A stretch of DNA of 63,533 nt, filler included, from Octopus bimaculoides (lineage: Eukaryota), in the NCBI RefSeq assembly GCF_001194135.2. It is 5 parts of 3 records of this genome, joined end to end, with 100 filler letters (N's around TTAATTAATTAA, not from the genome) between each part and the next. Parts side by side here need not be neighbours in the genome. Positions count along the whole stretch, not along the records: positions 1 to 28,468 come from NC_068982.1; 4 more parts are not named here. The stretch is one strand, 5' to 3'. Below the pieces are notes generated by a model. The model searched no databases and had not been told where the DNA came from. It saw nothing but the letters and a program-made list of their open reading frames with translations. A program made the position numbers and the translations under genes. How positions within the stretch are numbered: position 1 is the first letter of the stretch; each line of letters begins with the position of its first letter. Shown piece after piece: positions 13,700-24,360 of the stretch.

Positions 13700-14432
13700 T
13701 TGTGTATGTGTGCTCGATTTTGCCATAATGAATCTGAGAGACACTATCCATCGTCACTTTTAGATGAAGGAATTAAGCGTGCCAAGAATTTAGGCATTAA
13801 AACATTTAGAGAAACAAGACGTAACACCACACCACTTCTCAAAGCACTACCGTATATATTAACTCACAGCCCTAAAAAAAGAAGCATACACCACTATTAT
13901 ATAAAACCTACCTCGCTAGAGATCTCAAAAGGAACAACATTCTGAAAACACATAAATTCATCAAAGGCAAAAGCAACACAAATCTCTGAAAAGACTTCTA
14001 ACAAATGTGAAGCTTTACACAACAACTACGAAACCAACGGTTAAGAAATGCTGGACGCTCAAACTGTGAAACAGGCTTCAATCTCTTGGAAGGCTCGGAA
14101 TTACAATTGAAACTAGGGGAGAAGTTCACAATAAAAACCAACTTCACTTGTGCTTTCGAGAATCTAATTCATGTTATAACTTGCTCAAGTTGTGGACATA
14201 ACTATATAGGACAAACAAGTATGGCATTAGACGGAGAACCACACTACATAAGGAACCAATTCCCACAGTACAGACAGATTCCTTTCAGTGAACACATAGC
14301 GTGATATGCAGGTAATATCCAACCAAACTTCAGCGTTTTCCCCATCTACCAGTGCAAAGAAACAATTTCTGTACAAGGACGTTTAAATAATGAAAATTTA
14401 TTTTTCGAAAAATGCAGAACACGCCTAAATAT
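13700..14432 (+). mobile_element. Penelope-like element remnant: RT C-terminus, Cys linker and GIY-YIG endonuclease
   Basis: RHYPSSLLDEGIKRAK..LPYILTH; KC(G)RSNC; FTIKTNFTCAFENLIHVITCSSCGHNYIGQT (YIG at 14203-14211); IPFSEHI..FSVFPIYQ..RTRLNI end; several frameshifts; probable 3' UTR resumes at 14862-15060. Confidence 0.85.
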
Positions 14433-14482
14433 ATTTACATTATTTACATTTCACAGATATTTGTCCTCATTTTTTTGTTCTT

Positions 14483-14528
14483 AACACAACGTGTCGGCTG
14501 ATATACCCTCTTGCCTTCATCAGGTGTC
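14483..14528 (-). ncRNA. Hammerhead motif, GACAC family, degenerate inverted copy
   Basis: Minus strand: GACAC-CUGAUGA-A-GGCAA-GAGGGUAUAU-CAGCC-GACAC-GUU-GUGUU; GAAA has changed to GACA. Confidence 0.7.
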
Positions 14529-14604
14529 TTGGAGAAATGACATATGGCGTAGTGGGCCCAAGATTCCCAGTTCGATTTCAGGCAGTGACATGAATAATAA
14601 TGAT

Positions 14605-14640
<36 letters not shown>

Positions 14641-14719
14641 AATAATGATAATGATAATAATAATGATAACATCGAAAAACACCTTTGGAATGAGAACCCA
14701 GGTTCGAAATTTCCCCCAA

Positions 14720-14765
14720 GACACCTGATGAAGGCTGGAGAGCATATCAGCCGAAACCTTGTGTT
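14720..14765 (+). ncRNA. Type I minimal hammerhead motif, GACAC family
   Basis: GACAC-CUGAUGA-A-GGCUG-GAGAGCAUAU-CAGCC-GAAAC-CUU-GUGUU; stem I GACAC/GUGUU and a 5-bp stem II; the consensus palindromic stem III AACGUU is broken by G>C. Confidence 0.8.
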
Positions 14766-15278
14766 AACAACAAATAAGATGAGGACAAATATCTGTCAAA
14801 TGTAAATTATGTAAATAATGTACATAATTCGTCATCTCTTAAATATAGAACGCCTAAATATGAACGCATAACCAATTTTGGTCTGAGTATATATTTTAAC
14901 TCAAGTTCACATACACATCACTGTAAATATTTCATCTCACTACTTTAGCTTTTGAGATTTTCTACATTTATTTATCCCTTCCTTCAAAAATGAGCAATGG
15001 CCTCCTCTGTCCTGAATAATGACGTCACCAATTACCTTCCCTTAGACTTTTCCACTTGTTAATTCATTTACAAACTCCCATATACAGCATGGACTAAAAT
15101 CTTCTTAATAGAATATGGAATTACAATAATTTCAGTGTCATGATTAGCGAAAGCGAAACCAGTCGACAAACACAATTATCCTTCACTTATAAAATATATA
15201 AAATATATATTAAAACTATGTACCTGTGTGCATTTGCCTTCTTTTATTTCGGTTTCTTTGGTTTGTTTGTTATTTTAG

Positions 15279-15359
15279 TGCTGTTGATACTGCCGGATTG
15301 AATGGTACTGGCCAGGTGTCGAAACCAAAATGATATCCGTGGAGCAGCTGATGATGGAG
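15279..15359 (+). other. Candidate host exon, possibly 5' UTR plus start codon
   Basis: Long U-rich tract ending TTTTAG at 15278 and donor GAG/GTATGT at 15360; only ATG15302 gives an open frame to the donor (MVLARCRNQNDIRGAADDG); no recognised homology. Confidence 0.3.
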
Positions 15360-15799
15360 GTATGTTGGATTGTTGGTATGGATATGCGATAAAGACCAAA
15401 GGGAGAAACTATCATACAGATGCATACAAGCAATATTGCTTATATCGCTAGGGCGCGATAAATTAACCACAATCGCCGTCGTCGGGACTACCAGATTATG
15501 TGACTTCTGCCTCTCTTGTCCTTGTCAATCTCAGTGCCCAATTAGGCATTAGTGTCGCTATAGCCAATGACGTTATTATAAAATAATTTATAGCGACAGA
15601 TATTGTTAAATGTATGTATGAAAATTAAATGTCTGAGACAAGTTCTTGTTAATAGGATTATAATTTTTCAATATATTTCGCCACTTAAATGTGTATGTTG
15701 TATTTGAACAGCGATAGCTACCATGAAAACAACGAAAGTTACCATGAGAGAACGTCTCATATGAGCTTTTGGTGCATATAAGGACACATGTTTATATCG

Positions 15800-15834
<35 letters not shown>

Positions 15835-15984
15835 GCTACTGCTTGTTATTATTACTGTGTCATTTAAGTGCTGAGAATCCTGTGCTTTACTATTTTGTAT
15901 TATTGAATATATATATGTTCTGTCTCTCTCTCCTAACTCCTTTTGTCTACCATCTTTTGGCTCCGCTCTTTCTCTCCTCCTCTC

Positions 15985-16021
<37 letters not shown>

Positions 16022-16039
16022 ACAGGGTATCTAAGAGAT

Positions 16040-16264
16040 ACCACCACGCTGAAAAATAGCAGTCAAATTTTGACTCTAAAACCACAATAGATGTCCACAT
16101 AACACGAGTAGCGAAGACGAAGACCAAATAAACCAGTAAAAGTAAGATAATTCTTATCTTATTTTTACTGGTTTATTTGGTCTTCGTCTTCGCTACTCGT
16201 GCTATGTGGACATATATTGTGGTTTTAGAGTCAGAATTTGACTGCTATTTTTCAGCGTGTTGGT
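16040..16264. repeat. ~225-bp near-perfect palindrome (hairpin/MITE-like)
   Basis: 111-bp arms with about 5 mismatches around a TTC loop at 16151-16153; right arm runs into an N-gap. Confidence 0.9.
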
Positions 16265-17896
16265 NNNNNNNNNNNNNNNNNNNNNNNNNNNNNNNNNNNN
16301 NNNNNNNNNNNNNNNNNNNNNNNNNNNNNNNNNNNNNNNNNNNNNNNNNNNNNNNNNNNNNNNNNNNNNNNNNNNNNNNNNNNNNNNNNNNNNNNNNNNN
16401 NNNNNNNNNNNNNNNNNNNNNNNNNNNNNNNNNNNNNNNNNNNNNNNNNNNNNNNNNNNNNNNNNNNNNNNNNNNNNNNNNNNNNNNNNTATATGTATAT
16501 ATATGTATGTATACACCCACCCACCCACATACACACACACAGCCACACATATATATATGTGCATATGTACATAAATCACACATACATACATATATATTCA
16601 TATATGTGTATATGTATATAAATCACATATATACGTGTGTGTGTGTATATATATATATGCATATATGTGTGTGTGCATGTGGGTATATATGTGTGTAGGT
16701 ATGTTTGTAAATGTTTGTATATCTGCGTGTGGGTGCGTGTAGATAAGCGTATGAGTAGGTAAAGAATTAAATGCGATGAACACTAAATGCAAAACGGGGA
16801 AATGGTGGTTGACTCAACCATAAAAGCAGTCAATCTCAGTAATAGTGATACAACATTGATCGTTCCTCGATATCACATTTGTCTGACCCAACACAAACTA
16901 ACCAAATCCTCCTCTCCCTACCTCACTTTCTCATAGAAATAATCACTACACACACTCATTCACGCACGCAAAACACACCCTGCACATGCGTACAAACATA
17001 CATACAAACAAACATACAAACAAACATACATACATACATATTTATATATATACATACATGCATATATACATACATAATACTATACAAGCTCAGAATACCA
17101 GCGCCATCTTTCCAACGATATTATCTTCCCTTGGCCATACTAAATCGGCATTGTCGCTCGTTTAATTTAATTTTATTTCCTTCCGAAAAAAAGAAAAGAA
17201 GGAAGGAAAGCAGGAAAGATGAACAATTTACAAATTTTGCGTTCGGTGTTTTCTGTTTCTCTCTCTTCCAATATCTCTTCCACTCCAACTGTATCTCTAT
17301 ATCTGTATTTAACTCTCATCCTTCCTGTCTCTATCTGTATGTTTGACTGTTTGTCTCTTTGTCTGTCTGACTCTCTTTGAAATATTGCCTTTTTTTTTCG
17401 TTTGAAATGACCGACATAAAAATTAAATAAAAACGCAAATAACATGGCAAATAAATAATAAAATCGAAAAAAAAAACTATGATACTAAAAAAAACCCCCA
17501 ATAAGATTCACATTTTTATTACATTTCCAGTTTGTGGCTATTAATTTAAATGATAGCTCATTGTTAATATTATTTTTGAAATTATTATTACTATTATTAT
17601 TAATATTATTGATGTTCATAGTAACACTGCTACTACTACGAGTAGTAGTTTTCGTTGTAATAATAATAGTAGTTGCAAAATTGATCTTATTTTCCTTCCT
17701 ATTGTTGCCATTGCTTTTCAAAGAAGTCACCATTAATACTGTTTCTGCTAATTTTATCAATATTAATTAATTCATATCGCACTCCACAGCAGTTTTGAGA
17801 TGTAAGACATAGAATTAAAAAAAATAAAACATACTATTTTAACCTCGAGATAAAAATTAAAAACATAAAGTGAGTGGTTACTTTGTAAGGTTTATC

Positions 17897-17982
17897 ATCT
17901 CTCCGTGGACAGAAAATATATGCTCGATTTCATTGGTTGCTCCACTTCATAGAGCTGCTGATATTTCTGTCCTCGGAGAGAT
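17897..17982. repeat. Small inverted-repeat element with ~22-bp arms
   Basis: ATCTCTCCGTGGACAGAAAATAT ... ATATTTCTGTCCTCGGAGAGAT. Confidence 0.7.
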
Positions 17983-18056
17983 AACACGTATTGGTATTAC
18001 TTCATTTACTTTCCCAAGGAGCCTAAATACGTTTTGTATATAAAAAGGTATAAATT

Positions 18057-18410
18057 TCATACCGAATCATCATTAACATCGTCGACGTCATCGTCATCCG
18101 CACCATGACCACCATCACGACGATGACCACTACCCACCACCAGCTCCAGCACTACCACCACGTCATCGTCGTCATCGTCGTCGTCGTCATCATCATCATC
18201 ATCATCATCATCATCACAATCGTTGCCATCATCGTCGTTGTCATCGTCCTCCTGCTCCTCCTGACCCACTTTCTCCTCCTCCTCCTCCTCCTCCTCCTCT
18301 TCTTCTTCTTCTTCTTCTTCCTCCTCCTCCTCATCATCACAATTATCATCGTCATTATGTTCATGATCATCATGATGATCATCATTTCTGTCACTATTAT
18401 TCAAATTGCT
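18057..18410. repeat. Degenerate compound (CAT)/(CGT)/(CCT)/(CTT) trinucleotide array
   Basis: Directly visible; accounts for the poly-D/E/R/M ORFs. Confidence 0.9.
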
Positions 18411-18834
18411 ATTGTTGTTATTACTATTAAGTAGGAAGTCAGTAGCTTTCTATGCACAGTGAATTTGTAGCAAGTTTGATGAAATTAGCGAGAATAGCCT
18501 ATTAGCCTATGTAAATATGGCAAACCCCAGCATAGATATGTAGTTTGAGGCATAACGCAGAGAGAAGGCTCTTTTCATTGGTAGTTTGATTAATTCTAGA
18601 TCTATAAGATTCCGTGTTTGGCCATAGGGTGGACGGCAACCCTCTTCTCTAGACACTCAATTCACATTGGTATGTTTACAGTTTCTCTTCGTTCATTTCG
18701 ATTTCTATGTAAAACACTAGACATTTAGTTGTTTCTGTAATTAATGGTCCCTCATACGTGGCCCCTGAGGCACATTAAAGTTACGCCTCCTCTTCTTCCA
18801 CTGCTCCTACTTTTGTTATTATTATTATTATCAC

Positions 18835-18894
<60 letters not shown>

Positions 18895-19285
18895 CATTGT
18901 TGTTGTTGTTGTTGTTGTTATTATTAGATATACCTCGTTATTTTGTTATATTACTCGTTACATTTATATTTGCTTTCTTAAATCTTCCAATATATATGTA
19001 TATGAGTTTGTGTGCGTGTGTGTAAGTGTGCGTGTGGTGTGCGTGCGTGTATGTGTGTGTGTGTGTGCATGTGTTTGCGTGTGTGAGTGAGATGTTATTT
19101 TTATTTTTATCCGTTTTCCAGTTTTACTCCGTTTTAATTTATGATGCATGACTAATTAGAAACAGTCAATATCCTGATGAAGAAAGACAGGAAAAAAATA
19201 TATAAGAAATAACTAATATAAAGGCATGCAGAAAAGTTTAAATAGAAAAAAAGAATCGTATTAAAATACAACTGCAAAAAAAGTA

Positions 19286-19348
<63 letters not shown>

Positions 19349-20722
19349 CAAGTTGATGATGATAACAACAAGAACAACAACATTTATTAACACTAATACA
19401 AATATTTAAACGAAGTCACAATCAATGATTTGCTATTCCTTATTACCAATACACCTTTTGCTTAATAACAATGAAACAAACGAACCTTCAATTTACTGCA
19501 AAATCGGATTATGCGCACTTCATAAAGTTAGTGTGTGTACTACAGCGACACACCACAGGGGTAGCAAAAAATATAATTGATAAAAATAAAAAAGTACTGA
19601 GAGTTAATTATGTTTGTGAGACTGATGTAAAATAAATGCAAGAATTATTGTTGCTGTTGTCGTTGTAATTATTATAGTTACCGTTGTTTGTTTTGATAAT
19701 TACTCTCTTTATATCATTCGAGTGTTAGAATTGCTTTGTCTTTATATTCTATAGGCTTCATAGAAGTTCAGGCTTTATATATTATTACACAGACAATTGG
19801 ACACACAGGCAATCATTCACATATACATACATACACACGAGTAACACACATACAGACTCAATCACATAAACACGAAGAGTAACACAGTGAGACCCCTGCT
19901 GAGACAGACACATTCACCAACACACACTGACAAACAAACAATATAAAAAAACGTCCGACATTTTTCTCGATTACTTTTGTACATTGAATAATGGTAATAC
20001 AGTTTTCATAAATCGGTGGATATTGCAAATTAGATTTATAATTATGGACAGTATAGTGATTAAATTCAAATAGAGTTTGAATTTTATCATGGGCACTTAC
20101 TTTTCAATTATATTTTTATGGCTTTGCCCGTTTGACTAGATATGCGTACACATACCATCTACGCATTTTTGTCATATATATATGCAAAGTTATGTATACA
20201 GGCATACGTGTATACATGCACACACAGATTTGTATATTTGTGTACGGAAGGTGGGGAGAGAGAAGTGGAACATTTGAGATAAAGCATTTGAGACGTAGTA
20301 AGAAGTCAATTGGATATTTCGCACATCCAAGCAACAAGCATATAAGACTTATATAAGCTGTAATATATGCGTTTGCAGGCGAAGATTTGAAAAGTCTTAC
20401 CATGCCAGGGGCACTTACTTAGCATCCAAGAACTCAAGTGTAAAATGCTTCCCTGAAGATGGAGGCGGGTGTTATCCGATGATGGAATCAAGTTACAATA
20501 ATTATTTTGGACTACCAAGCCTTCAGAGACAGATGTTCAACTCGAAAGACTCTTATTCAACGCCTTTAATAAAATATATCATTTCAATTCTGTGTAAGTC
20601 GGATTTTGTTATATGTATACATATGTACATATTATGTACTAAATAGATTTACTGCTTTTTAAATCTCGACTTTTCTAACTTGCTTGCCCTTATATTTACT
20701 CTTATATATACATATATACCTA

Positions 20723-20884
20723 TATATTTATATAAGGGCATTATTATACAATAATGCCTCACGCTATGAGAGACTCTAAGGTCAGAATACCATAAGAAAC
20801 ACATGTGTTTTTTATGCTAGTCTGACCTTAGAGTCCCTCATACCGTGAGGCATTATTGTATAATAATGCCCTTATATAAATATA
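20723..20884. repeat. 162-bp nested palindrome in a TA-rich context (MITE-like)
   Basis: 64-bp arms with 2 mismatches; near-palindromic core centred on ACATGT; each arm contains its own GGCATTATT-N4-AATAATGCC hairpin. Confidence 0.9.
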
Positions 20885-21006
20885 AATATATATTTCGGGA
20901 ATAAATGATGGATTTGTTTCCCTTATGAGGTTTTTTTCACGCTAGCTACTTGATAAATTCTTGTAAAAGAATTCGTCCTATTATTGAATTTAAATATATA
21001 TACCTA

Positions 21007-21141
21007 TATATTTATATAAGGGCATTATTATACAATAATGCCTCACGCTATGAGAGACTCTAAGGTCAGAATACCATAAGAAACACATGTGTTTTTTATG
21101 CTAGTCTGACCTTAGAGTCCCTCATACCGTGAGGCATTATT
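21007..21141. repeat. Second, apparently identical copy of the 20723 palindrome, truncated by a gap
   Basis: Same sequence including the same arm mismatches, 284-bp offset; abuts the N-gap. Confidence 0.8.
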
Positions 21142-21483
21142 NNNNNNNNNNNNNNNNNNNNNNNNNNNNNNNNNNNNNNNNNNNNNNNNNNNNNNNNNNN
21201 NNNNNNNNNNNNNNNNNNNNNNNNNNNNNNNNNNNNNNNNNNNNNNNNNNNNNNNNNNNNNNNNNNNNNNNNNNNNNNNNNNNNNNNNNNNNNNNNNNNN
21301 NNNNNNNNNNNNNNNNNNNNNNNNNNNNNATATATATATATATATATATAAATATATATATATATATGCATACACACACACATACACTCACACACATATA
21401 TGAAGTTAAGTATATGAACTGTCATAGAGTGACTAATAGTTTTGCATCCCTAAAGCTCTTAGCTCTATGGAAAACTCGTCAGT

Positions 21484-21682
21484 CTCTAATAGTAAAGGCC
21501 ATATAGGTCTTCAAACTGTGGAGGTAGAAAACCGTTACGGTCAGTTGGACTGCAAACTCAACTGGACTATGGGACACAAGCCATTCTCGCCCACTCGTAG
21601 TGTTTATTTTTTGTTTACTAACTGACCGTAACGGAATGCTACCTCCACAGTTTGAAGAGTTATATAGCCTTCACCATTAGAG
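21484..21682. mobile_element. MITE with ~63-bp TIRs
   Basis: 21484-21546 versus 21620-21682 (core CTTCAAACTGTGGAGGTAG...CCGTTACGGTCAGTT). Confidence 0.75.
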
Positions 21683-22218
21683 TCTAACGCGTCATGCAAA
21701 GAGCTAAGCGCTTTATGGATGGAGAAATATTGAGGAACAACAATTGACTTACATCAATTATTAATTATTAATTCAATACAAATAGACTGCATCCCATCTA
21801 ACAGCTGTTTCTGCATCCATTGTTGTATGGCATTGCCATTGATATGCTAAAAATATTTATCATATTTGGTGATAAAACTGATCTGAAACATGGAGCTTCA
21901 TCAGAGTGAAGAATAAATAAAGAAGTGCCTGGTGAAGAAAAAGGGAAACGTTCAATATGGTTGTGATCATAGCATTTTGCTTGTGTGTCTGTTTGGGATG
22001 TTCGATAAATGACTATACCCAAAATAGCAATTGGTAGAGTAATCCTTTGTACGTGGAATGGTAAATAATAAAAGAAATATATAAATTAATAGTGGGATAC
22101 GACATGGTTAACCATAGGTAATGTACCGGTGGTGTAATGGATACTTCTATCACTTAGACGGTTATTTTCACATGTAACTCAGATAAACTATATGTATGTA
22201 TATATATATATATATATT

Positions 22219-22383
22219 ATTGTTGGCACTCCATCGCTTACGACGTCGAGGGTTCCAGTTGATCCGAACAACGGAACAGCCTGCTCGTGAAATTAACGTG
22301 CAAGTGGCTGAGCACTCCACAGATACGTGTACCCTTAACGTAGTTCTCGGGAATATTCAGCGTCACACAGTGTGACAAGGCTG
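22219..22383 (-). mobile_element. 3' portion of an unclassified SINE/LINE-tail repeat
   Basis: GC-richer block ending GGAGTGCCAACAATA next to a (TA)n run and truncated by a gap; classified by architecture only. Confidence 0.4.
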
Positions 22384-22749
22384 NNNNNNNNNNNNNNNNN
22401 NNNNNNNNNNNNNNNNNNNNNNNNNNNNNNNNNNNNNNNNNNNNNNNNNNNNNNNNNNNNNNNNNNNNNNNNNNNNNNNNNNNNNNNNNNNNNNNNNNNN
22501 NNNNNNNNNNNNNNNNNNNNNNNNNNNNNNNNNNNNNNNNNNNNNNNNNNNNNNNNNNNNNNNNNNNNNNNNNNNNNNNNNNNNNNNNNNNNNNNNNNNN
22601 NNNNNNNNNNNNNNNNNNNNNNNNNNNNNNNNNNNNNNNNNNNNNNNNNNNNNNNNNNNNNNNNNNNNNNNNNNNNNNNNNNNNNNNNNNNNNNNNNNNN
22701 NNNNNTATATATATATATATATATTATAATATTAGGGAATAGTAGTGAA

Positions 22750-23079
22750 GGCGCATGGCTCAGTGGTTAGGGCGTCGAGCTTACGATCGTGAGGTTGTGA
22801 GTTCGAATCCCGGAGCGGGCTGCGTGTTGTGTTCTTGAGCAAGACACTTTATTTCACCTTGCCCCAGTTCACTCAGCTGTAGAAATGATTTGCGGCGTCA
22901 CAGGTGCCAAGCTGTATCGGCCTTTACCTTTCCCTTGGACAACACTGGTGGCGTGGAGAAGGGAAGCCGGTATGCATGGGCGACTGCTGGTCTCCCATAA
23001 ATATCATTGCCCAGACTTGTGCCTGGGAGGGTAACTTTCTAGGTGCAATCCCATAATCAGTCATGAACGAAGGGGGTTT
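22750..23079 (+). mobile_element. tRNA-derived CORE-type SINE, family C
   Basis: A-box TGGCTCAGTGG at 22756-22766; B-box AGTTCGAATCC at 22800-22810; CORE-like TGTGTTCTTGAGCAAGACACTTTA; homologous to the copy at 48626. Confidence 0.9.
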
Positions 23080-24208
23080 CAGCTCAGGGAATGTAAAATT
23101 CCAGACATACAGGAATATTCAATTTAATAATTGTTTTTTACAGCTGGATACCCTTCCTAAGAGTAAACACATTACAGACTGGACTTGCTGATTTTTATGA
23201 GACACTGGCGCTGGCGAGGTCTTTCTTAGGCATTTTTTCTGACAGCTTGATGCCCTTTCTAATGCCAATCCCCTTAGAGAGTGGACTGGTTGCTTTTTAC
23301 GATGAGATCACCGAGTAAGATAGATGATTTTCTGAGCCCGTGTCTCACTAGCATAACCATTCGTATATGCATCATGCAATTTGTCTTTCACTCTGACAGA
23401 GAATCCTTTGGTTGCGAACAGAGGTCATAACTGTATGAACGTCCTGCATCCTATTTTAATTCTAGCAACAATACATTTAGAACATCTTCTACCTCTGCTG
23501 ATTTGGTCACCTTGGTAACAGAAACTATCTACAACACAAACTATAAGAGAGCTTCCTGGGCATTTGAGAGAGTCTAATTTCTGTGTGTTCTTAGCGTTTA
23601 TTGCTCCTGCGCATTTGCGACATAGGAAGCTGAATCTCTCTGTTAACCTACTTGTAATTCCATTGCATCTATTGTGTGTCCATAGTTTCCACTAGGTGCA
23701 ACGAACAGAATTTTTTCCAACGCCCTTTTTACATAATTAGCAGAGTCATTTACCGAACGGAAAGAAAGTTTTATCCGTTTTCTTGTTAACAACAATTTCG
23801 GTCTTCCCAAGATGAAGCTTAAAGCTAAGGTTTTGCTTTGTTATATGAAATTTCTTCTCCAATTGGCTTATAGATTCTGGCTTAAGAGCGATGTCATCCG
23901 CATATACTAGTTCCCATGGGCAACCAGTTTTAAATTCTTCCGTTATGGCCTGGAGGACTATGACGAATAAGAATGGATTGAGAATAGAGTCCCGGTGAAC
24001 CTCTACTTGTAAATTCATCACTGTATTCATGGGTGACTCTTACCCTACTGACAGCGTCGCAATAGATGGCTTCTAACAGGCCACTTATCAACTCCTAGAT
24101 TCCTTAGAGACCACTAGACGACAGCGAGGGACTATGTCAGAAGCTTTTTCCGGGTTAGCGAAAATCAAGTCCAATGATTTACTTTTGAATAGGTACTTCT
24201 GCAATTGT

Positions 24209-24360
24209 GTCGAAAAATTCCTTAGGAATTAGAACCCAGGTTCGAAATTTCCCCAAGGCACCTGTTGAAGGCTGGAGTGTATATCAGCCGAAACATTGTG
24301 TTAACAACAAAGAAGGTGAGGACAAATATCCGTCAAATGTAAATAATGTAAATAATGTTC
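24209..24360 (+). mobile_element. 5'-truncated copy of the HHR-bearing tail of the 14433 element, inside the RTE
   Basis: CCTTAGGAATTAGAACCCAGGTTCGAAATTTCCCCAAGGCACC...GAGGACAAATATCCGTCAAATGTAAATAATG aligns with 14672-14820. Confidence 0.85.
24257..24302 (+). ncRNA. Hammerhead motif, GACAC family, degenerate
   Basis: GGCAC-CUGUUGA-A-GGCUG-GAGUGUAUAU-CAGCC-GAAAC-AUU-GUGUU; A6 has changed to U. Confidence 0.65.

Larger units (their letters stand above)
14433..14849 (+). mobile_element. Composite insertion: inverted partial tail, then tRNA-like head, (AAT/AAC)n spacer and HHR-containing tail
   Basis: A-box TGGCGTAGTGG at 14545-14555; B-box-like AGTTCGATTTC at 14569-14579; 14444-14538 is the reverse complement of 14709-14806; flanked by ACGCCTAAATAT at 14421-14432 and 14850-14861. 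Confidence 0.8.

Noticed and set aside
14290-14320. In-frame TGA in the Penelope ORF as possible selenocysteine (Naiad-type)
   Set aside because: The element is frameshifted and decayed, the TGA is not clearly at a conserved Cys, and no SECIS was recognisable.
22750-22825. tRNA genes at SINE heads (also 3412, 14545, 45340, 48626)
   Set aside because: A/B boxes are present but the cloverleafs are broken and each continues into a SINE body.
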